Shown here in pieces: positions 23,271 through 36,610 of a DNA stretch of 64,000 nucleotides. The notes beneath the pieces were generated by a model. The model saw only the letters and a program-made list of their open reading frames with translations. It was not told where the DNA came from and did no database searches. Position 1 is the first letter of the stretch, and each line of letters starts with the position of its first letter. This DNA comes from Octopus bimaculoides (lineage: Eukaryota): contig NC_068983.1 of the NCBI RefSeq assembly GCF_001194135.2, positions 101,979,416 to 102,043,415 on the forward strand, written 5' to 3'. A program made the position numbers and the translations under genes.

Positions 23271-26200
23271 TTTCCTTCTTTTCTCCTTCATTTTCTTTGT
23301 TTACTTTTTTACTTTTTCCTTTTTCTCTATCATATGACTTCATAAATGAACAATCTGGTGTGTTTATTTTAATGGCCTACCAATGTATACAGTGAGTTTT
23401 TCTGCCCTAGGTGTCAGAAAGACACTCGTCAAGAAATGGAAACATAAATTGAATGACGATGATGATGATGATGATGATGATAATAATAATAAGAAGAAGA
23501 AGAAGAAGAAGAAAAAGAAGAGAGGAGGAGGAGGAGGCAACCCTCACTACTTGGTGATGATGTTGGTAGTGGTTTGTTTTTGAAACAATGGACAGAATAC
23601 TAGAATTGAGGTGCAAAATTCCTGCAAATTCCAGCATTTATACCAGCAACTTTTTGAGGAACAACATAAAAAAGAAAACAACAAAAAAAAATCCACAGAA
23701 GTCTCTACTAAATGAAGAATGTTTTACTGAATGACTGACTGACTATGAAAGAACACTCAATGACTAAAGACAAATAAAGAAATGCCAGATCAAAATACCA
23801 AAGCAAATCAAAATATTATATGAAAGTGTAACAGATATACATACCAGCTATGAAACATTATTCCAGCTACTGTTGAAGTAAGATCCAGTTTCATTTTGGA
23901 GTTTATTATCATAATTAGTTTTATTTTCTCATATTTTTCCTAAAGATTTATGTAATTGGTCATGTCTCAGAAGCAAATGTTAAGTTTGGATTTCATGAAG
24001 AGAAAACTAGTTTTTTTATGCATAATTATATATTCCTTATTTATTTTATTTTATTTTTTTGTGCATGACAAGCTTATTTAAAAAGGAAAATAGTCGAAGC
24101 AATGAACAGTTATGAGCGATTGTAATCAGAGTGTAGTAGATTTTTCCTTGTGGAATCCTCAATATTGTCCGAGATGAGATATATATATTATACTGTCATG
24201 GTTTACCCAGAATTACATTTTGGTGAATAGAAAAATAGAGAAGCAGCATGATCTAAATAAAAACTAATGAACTGCTGTGAATTAAATATTGAAACAATCC
24301 ATGAAGATGTGGCCGTTTACAATGAGTTATCTAAAAATCAGTTTCAAATTAATTCCATCAGCTAACTAATAGTAAAATATAGCAACAGATGAAATTTTTG
24401 TTGTGTGCAACAATCTGTTGCTTTTCTTTTTCATAGTGCATCTATCAGCTATCACCAACTGTGAGCTAGCTACTAAGAACACGCATATAGCTGAGACAGC
24501 TTGCTTCTCATCTCACATATTTCTCAACAAGATAAAATCAATTATTTCCACAGTTAATATTTTGTAAGTGGATGAAAAAGTTTGCATTATTCCAGCATAT
24601 TTTACCTGCTAGTAAATTATTCATTACAGCATTGCTAGCCATGAAAAGTTTCCAGTAAAAGAGAAATGTCAAAGCCTGTTGCCAGTCCTGCCATGCGCAC
24701 TTAGGCTTAACCAAAACTTTGAGAGTTGTAATTTCTCAAGATAACAAAGTAATTGACAAATTAGTTCTTGAAAGCAATAACTCAATAGTCTGGTGACACA
24801 GCAAAGAAAATAACCGACAGCTATCAGCTGACACTTATTTTTATTTATTTTTGTGTGCAACATGATTACACACAAAGTCAGAGATTTTGTTTTTCAAAAA
24901 TGTTTAGCTGTTTAGTGTGAAGGACTGGCTTTGTTCTATGGAAATTTTATTGAATATCAAATGTCAAACAATAAATATGAAATGGGGATAGGAACTGTAA
25001 AAGCATATTTATTGCTGGTTTATCAATACTATTTTTTAATGAAGTTATTAAATATTTAAACTTTTTACTAAAAATGGAAAGTAGAATATTGCTGCTGATA
25101 AAAATGACGACGGGGACGGCGAGGAGGAGGAGGAGGAGGAGACTAGTTATGTTGCTACTCAATCATTAACTGGGATTTGAAAGTTGTCTAGTGGAGAATT
25201 AATAATTAAATTTTTTCATCTTTTAGTCAGGAGGAAAGGCAATGCTAATGATACTTTACAGGACCTCTGAGACTGGTGAGAAGAGAGGGATGGACGGTAC
25301 TTATCACCATGGCCTGAATGCTTGCAAAAGAGTTGAGTCTGCTAGAAGCATCCAAAGACAAGAAGGCTACCACCCATGACAGGATTTGAACTCAGGGTGC
25401 AAAGAGTTACAGCAATATCACAAAACATCTAATCTGACAGAAACCTTGTGATATTTACTAATCTACCACCCTAGAACTGTACAATTTTTTTATCAACCTG
25501 AAAATATGAATAACAAAGTTGACCTTAGTAGGATTTGAACCCAGGATACAGGGGCTCTGAACAAATAATGTGAAGCATTCCATCCCGTGTACCATTGGTT
25601 AAGTGACTTTCTTCTCTAAACAAGACTTAAAATGCCAGATATTAGAACAGTTCTTCATTTTAGACTGTCCTTTGATTTTATAAATAACTAATAATTATTC
25701 CAGATTTAAGTATATAAGGTTTTTGAAAAGAAAATTAAGTCTCTTCATTGCAAATTTAACAGAGCTAAGAATTTGAAACTTCAAGAAAGCGCATGTGCAA
25801 CAACGTACAGAGGGTATGGTCTTTAAAATTGAGATTTATCAGTGAGAAAGAGAATGTAGCTATTATGAAAATAAATCTGATGGCAGGTCAAAAGCTGGAG
25901 AATTCAGCAGTGTGGTGAGACAGAATAGCTAACCCCATTGATGTATGCAGGCATATATTGTAGAGTGAAGAAGCCTTAAATAGTAATTAATCTTTTTTAT
26001 ACTAACCTGCCTGTAATTGCTCCTGGCTCTGTGATATGCACTTCTTGTTTTAAAGTGAACTAAATTCAAACATAAGCTTTATTATGACTGTTATTTTACT
26101 AAATTCTTCATTATTTCAGAATGAATAGAAACAGAAATATGGTAACAAAAGCATTAATTCTTGAAGAGTACATTAGAAGAAAATCAGGTCAGGATGTTTG

Positions 26201-26844
26201 CATGTCACACTTTGTCAAAGTCTTCGAAAGGGCCAAGGATAATGATTGGTCTTGGTTTCATCATACTTTTATAGTGTTGATGATCATTTTAAAATCAATT
26301 AGCTAGTTTTAAGTAGTAAGCTCCAAGAGGATTTAGTTTCTCAAGAATTTACTACTGCATTATGATGGTTGCCACATTTATAATGTATAACAATGACTTA
26401 GCTATGAAACAACATTCTGTATTTCACCACATCTTGTTGATACTGCTAAAGTTGCTTATTCTGTATGAAATCGTTATTGAGTAAATAAATAATGGATAGG
26501 TGTTCAGCAAATCAATAATGATTTCCTGTGTATCAAGTCATTCTATGAAGAAATTAAAGTTTAGTAGCTTTCTAACACAAGTAAAAAGGACTGCCTAAGA
26601 AAGATCAAAAAGAAGGAGTTTCCCAAGAGGTCGCTATCTTGATCAGAATTCATATTAACTTTGTTGGAGACCTGTAAATTAATATAGAAATTGCAATGAT
26701 GTTTTTTTTCCTTAAAACTTTGAGAATTGGAAGAAAACTTCATCAGAAGATAGAATAGTGTATATAAGGGTAGTGAGTGTAGATCAAAAACTTTAATTTC
26801 ACTTCATTTGTCATCTTAATAAAAAAAAAAATATGAATATGAAA

Positions 26845-27990
26845 CTAAGTGACATACCAGGTTATTACCACCACCGTTATTGATAGAGAGAGAGTGAGGG
26901 TTAACAATGAATTCCATGAGCAACTTAGTATGCTGGTTGGTGTACACGAAGGCTCATTATTCAACCTCCTTGTGTTTATTATAATTCTCCAGACTATAAG
27001 AAAGGGGTTTAAGACTGGTTGTCCATGGGAACTCCTATGTGCCAATGACTTATATCATATAGCTAGTTGGATCAAAGAATTGAAGAAGAAATTATAAACT
27101 TGGAAGCAAAACTTAAATGGCTGAAGTTAAACCTAGTGTAAACTAAAGTATTTTTTAGCAAGAAAGGAAACAAGACTCTATCACCTTCAGGAAAATGGCC
27201 ATGCTCAATGTACAGAAAAACAGTGCGTAGGAATTCCATACAGTGTATTTTTTGTAAACTATGGACACACAAGAAGTGTAGTGTCTATTCACAGGCAGGG
27301 TTATAAGTACAATAGACAGCAATGGTGACAGATGCACAAGAGTAGTCAGTAGTCAGTGTATATGTGAAATAAATTCCTTAAAATAGTTGGAAAGCTACCT
27401 AGAAGTAGCTGATGGCTTTTGTTACCCAGGTGATTTAATTAGTGGTAGAGATGGTTGTATTAAAAACATAGCAACTAGAGTAAGAATGGGTTTGAGAAAG
27501 TTCAGAATCTATAAATTCTGCTAGCAACAAAAATTTTCTCTCTCAGGGTAAAGGCACATTATACAATGTTTGCATGTGAAGCATGATGTGTTCTTTGGAT
27601 GTAGAATGTTAGAAAGAATGCAGAATTTGGAAAAATAAATGAAGTGGTCGTGCTTCACTGAATATTGTAATATTAGCTAGCATGAACAGTGTAACTGAGA
27701 GAAAAACTGGACATAAGTAGAATCAAATGTAGCATGCAAAAGAGAAAAACTACACTGGAATGGACATGTGAAGCATACAAAGAATATCAGTTGCATAAAT
27801 AAGTATCAAGTCCTCCAAGAGAATGGAACTTATGGAAGAGAGAGGCCAAGGAAGGTATCACACACAGTGATGAAGACTTATCTCAAAACAATGAATTCGT
27901 GATTTTTAACAAAGTGCTGTGCCGGAGAGGGCCTACTCAACTCATGCAAGCATGGGAAAATAGTTATAAAAGGATGATGGCGATGAAGAT
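26845..27990 (+). mobile_element. Degenerate RTE LINE copy (PHD-insert family)
   Basis: VGVHEGSLFNLLVF, GCPWELLCANDL (mutated YADD), SGKWPCSMYRK...QCIFCKLWTHKKC, LHWNGHV, GRERPRK, then 3' UTR. Confidence 0.85.
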
Positions 27991-29454
27991 TGGTATGTAT
28001 CTGAGTTTCTCCAGAACACTTTGTTCATATTAAGTCTCTATATACTGCTCTCCCTTTCTTTTTGCTGCTCACTTCCTCTTTTATTAATATACTTCTTTTT
28101 ACTATTGTTCTATCTCATTATTCTTGCCATTTGTGTTATGAAGGATGGCATTACATTAGATCTGCCCTTATTCAGCTCCCACTCACTATCCCCTATTCTT
28201 TATTGCTAGCCATCAGTCTCTCGCTTTCTCTCTCTCTCTCTCTCTCTCCCCCCCATTCTGTTGCTCCCTACTGATATTCACTACTCATTGCTGATATTCA
28301 CTACTATCCTTTACATCCGATTTCTTACCATCACCTGTCTTCATTGCTAGCCATCACTTTCTGTCTTCACTATTGTCAACAACAATAACTCTCTCTCTTT
28401 CTCTCCCTCTCTCTCTTCCCCTCTCTATATTTCTCTTTCTTTTTTTGTCTCTCTGAACACACTCTCTCACTTCTTCTGTCACCCTGTCTCCATACTATCA
28501 TTCCCCTTTCCTTACTATTTCATTCATGCTCTTTGCCTACAACCCATATAAAGCTGTCTATCACTCTCTCTTTCTGTCTCTCTCCCTCTCTTCCTTTACT
28601 TCTCCCCACCAATTACTTTCTCATTTGTTCACTCTAGTTCTCCGTATTACTCCTCCCTCTATCACTCTTATACCCCCACCGGTTCTATTTCACTCTCTTC
28701 TTCCAGCCAGGTACAAGACAACCCTTTGGCATCAGTCAACAAATTAACAGACAATGTAGGGTAGAGAGGACTCTAGTCTTGCTGAGCACATTCACAACAT
28801 CTCTAGTGCTGCCACCATGATATAATATATTCTCTACACTCTGGAGAGTAGATGGTAGGAAGAGAGGCATCTAGTCAAAAGAAACATGTCACAAATGGAA
28901 CATACAAAGAGGGAAGTGACTTCAAATAAGAACTGGCTTGGCTTAGAATAACCTTTCCAGCCCATGCTAGTATGAAAAAAAAAAAACAACATAAAAATGA
29001 TGATGACGATGATGACTAATATGCTGCTAAGACAACCATTATGGTATTATGACCATCATTATGGTCTTGTGACCACCACAATGATGCTATAATCACCCTT
29101 AACATTAGTTTAACTTGTGTTTTTCATAGGAAGGGCAAAGTGTGGAGCTTGAAAAAAGGTAGGCCAATTGCCATATTCAATAAAATTAGATAGTTTGGAA
29201 GTTTGGAAATTTGTCCAATACCATGGTGAAGAAAGAATTATATGGATGCAAATTATTTTGTCTCCTCATTAAAAAAAAGTAGATGGGGTGAAGCAAAAAA
29301 TTTCATAGATACTTTTTGTCATTGTGGTGGGGCTGGTGCTTCTTAACTTGTGAATCCCTGACTTTAACAACACCATTTCTATAATGATATAAGTACCTGT
29401 ATCATTTCTTTCATGAGTCATAAATTCTAAAATATAATCTAAAGAAGTGCAAGC

Positions 29455-29580
29455 ATAGCTGTGTGGTTAAGAAATTTACATTCCTAACCATGGTACCTTG
29501 GACAAGTGTCTTCTACTATCACCATGGGCTGAGCAAAGCCTTGCAAGTGGATTTGGCAGATGGAAACAGAAAGATGCCTC
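29455..29580 (+). mobile_element. SINE family B 5' part
   Basis: GCTGTGTGGTTAAGAA head; CTTGGACAAGTGTCTTCTACTAT. Confidence 0.7.
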
Positions 29581-29609
29581 TTGCTTGTTTGTTTGGTTGT
29601 TTGTTTGCA

Positions 29610-29800
29610 TGTATGTAAGTGTGTATGTATGCATGTATGCATGTATGTATGCATGTATGTATGTATGTATGTATGTATGTATGTATGTATGTATGTATGT
29701 ATGTATGTATGTATGTATGCATGCATACATCTATGTATGCATGCATTATGTATGCATGCATGTATGCATGCATGTATGCATGCATGCATGTATGTATGCA
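29610..29800. repeat. (TATG)n/(CATG)n compound tetranucleotide repeat
   Basis: Direct reading. Confidence 0.95.
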
Positions 29801-29811
29801 GAAACCAAGAT

Positions 29812-30100
29812 TGCAATTTAAGGACTGTGTCAAGTCGTCATTAAAAGCCTGTGATATGCAGGAAACCGACTGGGAGAGCAATGCCTGTCATTGCCACAAA
29901 CATGCTGCTTGAAAGCACACTGCTAGTGTAGTGAATGGGGACAGCTTGGTTTGCAATGTTTGCAGTCATGTATGCTTGTCAAGAGCAGGGCTCATTAGCC
30001 ACCAATGGAGCTGCAGATGTAAAATATAAGTCAGTCCTAGAGCACACCATATTCCTAAAGGTCAGCAATGGTCTTCCTCGGTCATGAGTGAATGCCCATC
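29812..30100 (+). mobile_element. BovB-like RTE 3' fragment (older copy)
   Basis: LQFKDCVKSSLKACDMQETDWE and terminal zinc-finger-like CNVCSHVCLSRAGLISHQWSC. Confidence 0.7.
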
Positions 30101-30524
30101 ATGTATGTATGCATGTATGTATGCATGTATGTATGCATGTATGTATGTAGGTGACTATAAGCGTGTATATGTTTGTGCCTCCAAGCCTTGACATCACATG
30201 TTAGTTGTAGATGAGTTTTACTGTCATACAAACAGTATCCTTCATTTCTAATAGTCTGTAAAAACATGTCTGGCCATGGGAAAATATTACCTTGATTTGA
30301 AACAGGTAAGGATTGAAAACAGGAAAGGCCTCTGACTATGAAAAGACTGCCTCAGTAAACTTTGTCTGACCCATGCAAGCATAGAAAAGTGGATATTAAA
30401 AAGCGATGATAAACTAATTCTCTTCTTTATTTTATTCCTTAAAGTCCGGTTTAATTATCTTTTATAAAGTCTTCCTTCATTAAGCTTCTTTTACTCTGAT
30501 AGCTATGTCTTTTATCATTTATCT

Positions 30525-30720
30525 TTCACTTGTTTCAGTCATTAGGGTATGGCCATGCAGTGGCACCACATCAATCCCAATATTTATTTTTTTTTGTTAA
30601 GCTTGGTACTTATTCTATTGGTCTCTTTTGCAGAACTGCTAAGTTTTGGGGATGTAAACACACCAACACCGGTTGTCAAGTGGTGGTGGTGGTGGTGGTG
30701 GGGAACAAACACAGACACAC
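30525..30720 (-). mobile_element. SINE family B 3' part
   Basis: Reverse complement of the family B tail; abuts the mariner left TIR. Confidence 0.7.
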
Positions 30721-30721
30721 A

Positions 30722-31988
30722 AGGTCATTAAGAATGAAATAATGAAATGTTGGATTTTCTTATGCACCAAGTTTGACAGTCGTTAACCCTAATGTTTTAT
30801 CCTGACAATTTTTTGTTTTACAACATTGAAGAGTTACATCATCACTTTTCAAAATGCAATTCATGGTGTCTGATTATATTGTGAGTTTTCTCTTGTAAAT
30901 CAGTTTTTACGAACCCACAGATAGATAAAAATTCGTGTTGTTTATGAATATAAGTTCCGGCGTGGAACCAATGCATCCCAGACACCTTGAAACATCAGTG
31001 AGGTGTTTGGTGAAGATGTGGCAAATGAGCACACTGTACATTGATGGTTTGAGAAGTACCGGTCTGGTGACTTTACTCTTGAAAATCAGCCCCATGATAC
31101 ACCTGAGACCAAGGTGGATAATTATGAGCTGAAAACTGTAGTGGAAGCAGATACATTTCAAACTACGCATGAGTTAGCAGCAAAGTTTGGTGTTTTGATT
31201 CCAACAGTATTGAACCATCTGAAACAAATTGGCAAGGTAAAGAAGTTGGACAAGTGGGTACCACATGAACTGAAAGAGCATCAAATGACACGTTATCTTG
31301 AAACTTGCTGTTCTTTGCTGTCATGACATAGAAGCAAAGCATTTTTGTATTGTATTGTTACGTGTAATGAAAATTGAATTCTTTTCAACAATAGCAAGTT
31401 TTCTGCATGGTGGATGGATAGAGACGAAGTACTGAAACACAATCCAAAAAAGAATATTCACCAAAAAGGCTAATGGTGTCTGTTTGGTGGTCCAGTGCCA
31501 GTGTCATCCACTACAGCTTCTTGAGACCTGGTAAGTCAATTACAGTAGATTACATCAACCAACTGGATGAAATGATGCATGAACTTGCCATTAAACAACT
31601 GAGATTGGTTAATAGACAGGCCAATTCTGTTGGAAGACAATGCTTGACCACATGTTGCACAAAGAATGCTACTCAAGTTACTGGAACTGAACTTGGAAGT
31701 ATTCTGTCATCCACCATATTCACCAGACCTTGGACCAACTGACTATCATGTTTTCCAGGCATTAGACAACTTTTTGCAAGGAAAAAACTTCAAATCTGAA
31801 GAAGATGCAAAAACAGCCTTTCAAGATTTCATCACCTCTTGCTCTCCAGAATTCTTCTTTGCCAGAATATGGCAAAATTGTGTTGATAATTTAGTTGCAT
31901 ACTTTGATTAACTGCATTGCTTTTTGTTGTAATAAAGTAAAATAAACTTTCAGTTCAAAATTGGACATTTAATTCTTAATGACCTGAT
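30722..31988 (+). mobile_element. Near full-length degenerate mariner (DD34D) transposon
   Basis: TIRs AGGTCATTAAGAAT (30722) and ATTCTTAATGACCT (31972); WVPHEL, MVSVWWS, EDNA*PH, HPPYSPDLGPTDYHVF. Confidence 0.92.
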
Positions 31989-32006
31989 GTATATATATAT
32001 ATATAT

Positions 32007-32190
32007 ATCAAAATAAGTAACAGGATTTCTAGTAGTAATGCAGTACGACCGTTTCAAGCAGCTCCATTTAATTGAACAATGCAATCATTAACAATTTAAA
32101 TTGATGTAATGATTGCATTGTTCAATCAAATGGAGCCACCTGAAATGGTTGTACTGCATTATTACTTGAAATCCTGTTACTTATTTTGAT
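32007..32190. repeat. Long inverted repeat inside a (TA)n-flanked element
   Basis: 84-bp arms (32007-32090 and 32107-32190), 8 mismatches of which 7 are transitions, 16-nt loop containing the palindrome CAATTTAAATTG. Confidence 0.9.
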
Positions 32191-32278
32191 TTTATTCACC
32201 TTACTTTGAGCTGTGCAGGTAATACTGGACTGACTTCGTGCTTCAACTTTAGTACCTAATTCAACTGAATCTTAATTA

Positions 32279-32318
<40 letters not shown>

Positions 32319-32329
32319 CCTATATATAC

Positions 32330-32460
32330 GACAGGTTTCTTTCAGTTTCCATATACCATATCCACTCACAAGGTTTTAGTTGGCCCAAAGCTATAGCAGA
32401 AGACACTTGCCCACAGTGTCATGCAGTGGGGTTGAGCCTGGAACCAGGTGGTTGGGAAGC
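32330..32460 (-). mobile_element. SINE family B 5' part
   Basis: Reverse complement of the family B head. Confidence 0.7.
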
Positions 32461-32803
32461 AAAAGCTATATATCTCATTTTTATCCTCATTTTTTAAGTT
32501 ACTTTTCAACCAACAACTATCAGGATACAGTCATATTCCTGTGATTAAAATGCTTGCTCTACAACCACATGCTTCTGGATTTAATTCCACTACAGAGCAT
32601 CTTCAACAAACATTTTCTACCATAGTCCAGGTTTTGTCAGAATGAAAGCCTGTTGGATGTAACCATCATCTGCATCATTGTTTTTACATCTACTTTTCCA
32701 TACTGGTATGAGCTGGATAGCTTTTTTGAGGTAGTGTTTTATGGCTGTATGACTTTCTTGATGCCAATCCTTTCAGTCATATCTTACCATATGCAGGTCT
32801 TCA

Positions 32804-33718
32804 CAATCAATACCAAGAAGACCGAGGTGATGCACCAACCCACTCCGGGAAAACTATATGTAGAACCCAACATTTCCATCAACAGGCAAAGATTCAATGC
32901 GGTTGACAAATTCACCTACCTTGGCAGTACGCTTTCCCCGCAATGTAGTCACTGACGATGAGATCAACACCAGACTCGCCAAAGCAAGTGCTGCCTTTGG
33001 CAGACTCCACAAGAATGTATGGGACAGAAGAGGCATCACCTCCATCACAAAGATCAAGGTCTACAAAGCTGTCATACTCACCACCCTACTCTATGGATGT
33101 GAGTTGTGGACCGTCTATCAACGCCACGCCCAAAAACTAAATCACTTCTACACCACCAGGCTGAGGAAACTACTTGGCATAAGCTGGCAGGAAAGGATAC
33201 CAGACACAGAAGTCCTCACTCATGCTGGGCTCCCAAGCATCCCTACCATCCTGATGAAAACTCAGCTTCACTGGGCTGGTCATGTAGCCCGCATGCCAGA
33301 CTACAGAATACCCAAGAAGCTTCTGTTTGGTGAGCTCCAGCATGGCAAGCGCTCCCATGGCGGCCAGAGGAAACGGTTTAAAGACAGCCTAAAGGTATCA
33401 CTGAAGGCCTTTAACATTGACCCGTCATCATGGAAGCAGACAGCTTTAGATAGGACCAAGTGGCAGGCCGCTGTTCACAACGGTGCCCGCCAATATGAAA
33501 GTGACAGGAAAGCTGCTGCAGAGAAGCGCAGGCAGAACAGAAAGAACAATGCTTTGAAGCCCCCGGTACTTGCTACCATTCCCTGTCCCTACTGCAGCAA
33601 ATCTTTCCAAGCACGGATTGGGCTTATCAGCCATCTCTGCACTCACCAATGATGACCTCGCCACTCACCTCTAGGATGATCAGATGGTCTTCGTCGTTCC
33701 GACGGACGAACAACACAC
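32804..33718 (+). mobile_element. Young 5'-truncated BovB-like RTE insertion with 18-bp TSD
   Basis: TINTKKTEV, FTYLGS, LLYGCELW, QLHWAGHV, RIPKKLLFGEL, GGQRKRFKD, C2H2 CPYCSKSFQARIGLISHLCTH; ACCATATGCAGGTCTTCA at 32786-32803 and 33719-33736. Confidence 0.95.
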
Positions 33719-34011
33719 ACCATATGCAGGTCTTCAATATGTCTATCGTAAAAATCAGGAAATGCATCACTGTCATCATCATCATTTTAACATCCACTTT
33801 TCCATGTTTGCATGAGTTGGATGGAGTTTACTAAGATAGATTTTTTTCTATCGCCTTCCTTTTCCCAGCTCCTACCTATTTTCTGAGAAAGGCAATATTT
33901 CCTCATGACAAGACATGGTCTTACAGAATACTGGGAATGAATGACACTGCTTGCATTATGGTGACAGTAATTTATAACTATCACAGTGTCAAGACAAGGA
34001 GAAACACACAT

Positions 34012-34165
34012 ATACACGTGCTTCCATCTACCAAATTCACTCATAAGCCTTTGGTTGACCAGGGACTATAGCAGAAGATACTTGTCCAAGGGGCCATGCA
34101 GCAGGACTGAACTTAGAACCATGTGGTTGGGAAGCAAACTACTTACCACACAGCCACACCTCTGC
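34012..34165 (-). mobile_element. SINE family B 5' part
   Basis: Reverse complement of the family B head. Confidence 0.75.
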
Positions 34166-34882
34166 CTACACACACACACACACACACACACTCACACATA
34201 TCACCATTATAATCATCATTTAATGTCCATTTTCCATGCTTGTATGGATTGGACAGTTTGATTGGTGCTGGTAAGGCTCCATTGTCTATTCTGGCATGGT
34301 TTCTACAGTTGAGTGTCCTTCCTAACACCAACCACTCCACAGAATGTATTGGGTGCNNNNNNNNNNNNNNNNNNNNNNNNNNNNNNNNNNNNNNNNNNNN
34401 NNNNNNNNNNNNNNNNNNNNNNNNNNNNNNNNNNNNNNNNNNNNNNNNNNNNNNNNNNNNNNNNNNNNNNNNNNNNNNNNNNNNNNNNNNNNNNNNNNNN
34501 NNNNNNNNNNNNNNNNNNNNNNNNNNNNNNNNNNNNNNNNNNNNNNNNNNNNNNNNNNNNNNNNNNNNNNNNNNNNNNNNNNNNNNNNNNNNNNNNNNNN
34601 NNNNNNNNNNNNNNNNNNNNNNNNNNNNNNNNNNNNNNNNNNNNNNNNNNNNNNNNNNNNNNNNNNNNNNNNNNNNNNNNNNNNNNNNNNNNNNNNNNNN
34701 NNNNNNNTATATATAATAGAAATACGTTACAAAAAGAAAATAGAAACTACACTTAGAAATGTAAGCGGAAAGTATATATATATATATATATGCATGTGTC
34801 TGTGTGTATCACCTATATATAGGTAATGTATGTGTGTGTATTATCTTTGATGAACAAAATTAATGTGTCAAACTAGAAATAC

Positions 34883-34944
34883 CTTGTGGTATTTAGTTCT
34901 TTCTGAGTAAAATCTCTTTTCACCAATGTCAACGTGTTTTATGT
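34883..34944 (-). CDS. Possible internal exon, (x)IKHVDIGEKRFYSERTKYHK
   Basis: Long pyrimidine tract plus tag acceptor, donor AAG|gtattt, 62 nt, one open frame (phase 1 to 0). A chance occurrence is not excluded. Confidence 0.3.
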
Positions 34945-35448
34945 CTATTATGAGATCAATAAAAAAAAAGTACAACAGAAAGTACTGGGTTCAATATAAT
35001 TGGCTAAACTTCTGAATGAGGTACTTTATCATAGTCACAAGTCCAGTGACTGAAACCAGTACAAGAATAAATGAACAAAAGAATTCACACCATGATAATT
35101 ATATAAAGTTTAATCTATCTCAGCTCAAATTTCCTTGGCTTACCATTGTCTCTCATACTATCTACCACCATCTTGCAGTAATTTTCCACCCAGCATATAT
35201 TATCCATTTGAATTACATATTCATATCATTGACATTTTCTCATCCCTCCCATTTTCTTTCTCTCTTCCTCTTTCATAAACCAACCAACACATTATTATAT
35301 ATTCTCTTTTATATTAAACCATCTAACGTATCACTTTCATTATGATTATCATCATTTTTACTTTCTCTTTCTCTCTCTCAGACGTATACCAACTTATGTT
35401 TTTCTAACATTATATATTCATTTTTCTCTCTCTCTTTCTCTCTATGTA

Positions 35449-35482
<34 letters not shown>

Positions 35483-36164
35483 ATTCACTGACCAATACCA
35501 CCAATGTGGTCACATTATATATTCTATGAGGAAAGGGGTATGTGAGTGAAAGAACGGATGAATATGTCATTGAATAAATGTTTCAATGACTGGAAAAGTT
35601 AATGAGTGAAGGGCTGAATAACAAACTTCATGAATGAATAAATGGATAAAATGATTTGATAGGAGGAAACCATTGTGTTTAATGTCCTTTTTTGTGTATG
35701 ACAGGCATACAGTTGGCTGACTGAATTAATTGACTCAACCTCAGAATATTTTCATAATATTAGTGTTTATTACAATATTAATAAATGCATGGTGATATTG
35801 ACTTTGGGAAAATGAAAGATAAACTTGATCTCAGATCGATTTGAACTCATTACTACAAGGCATGAATCTAAATACCCTAATGCATCAAAATCTGACTGTA
35901 TTCTGTCTGCATCATTTCCATTGACTTTCAGGTGATGTGGATTTCTTTTGAACAGGCAGCAAAGATGACTTGTTTTGAATAATAAAAAACACAGCTGATT
36001 GGCAGAATCTTAATTTTTTAGTACTGATTTTATTGACCCTGGGAAGATAAAAGACAAATTCCATTTCAGCAGGATTTGAGCTCAGAAAAGAAAGGGCTGT
36101 AACTAAATATCAAAATGCCTTGCAATATCTAATTATGATTCTTTTTTATTAATACAGCTTGCTT

Positions 36165-36380
36165 TTAAGGCAGCAAGCTGGCAGAATCATTAGCACACCA
36201 GGCAAAATGCTTAGTAGCATTTTATCCAACTTTACATTTTGAGTTCAAATTTTGTCGAGGTTAACTTTGCCTTTCATCCTTTTGGGGCTGATAAAATAAG
36301 TACCAATTGAACACTGAGGTCAATGTAGATGACTTATCACCTCCCTCAAAATTACTGGCCCTGTGCTAAAATTTGAATTC
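36165..36380 (+). mobile_element. tRNA-derived SINE (family A)
   Basis: Full head-core-tail colinearity with 14795-14996. Confidence 0.82.
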
Positions 36381-36502
36381 AATATCTAATTATGATGATT
36401 TTTCTGTATGCTCAGCTACTGGGTATACTGTTGAGTTCAGTTTTGCTTTTGTCCTTCTAAGGTCAATGAAATAGAGTATTGGTCAAGTACTATGTCAGTT
36501 TA

Positions 36503-36610
36503 ACTCTTTAGCATTCAGATTACTCTGTCAAATGTAATGCTTATTTGTTCACATTGTTTTTGATTAATCATGCATTATCTCATGGCTTCGAGATTTCAAT
36601 GATGTGATTG
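36503..36610 (-). mobile_element. piggyBac-type MITE (family C), partial and reversed
   Basis: TTAA|CTCTTTAGCATTCAGATTACTCTGTCAAATG matches the family right end. Confidence 0.65.

Noticed and set aside
24604-24790. Minus-strand exon-like frame with one in-frame TGA (TIELLLSRTNLSITLLS*EITTLKVLVKPKCAWQDWQQ...)
   Set aside because: No recognisable selenoprotein motif or SECIS, and the alternative acceptor would be a rare GAG; insufficient support.
28020-28750. Hydrophobic ORFs in a long pyrimidine-rich tract
   Set aside because: Low-complexity CT-rich sequence mirrored by the GA-rich block at 59300-59800; repeat-derived.
29130-29158. Plus-strand 29-nt exon candidate (catag|...AAG|gtaggc)
   Set aside because: The surrounding sequence is homologous to about 42780-42930 (TGTTTTTCATAGGA...GAATTATATGGATGCAAA), so it lies in a dispersed repeat.
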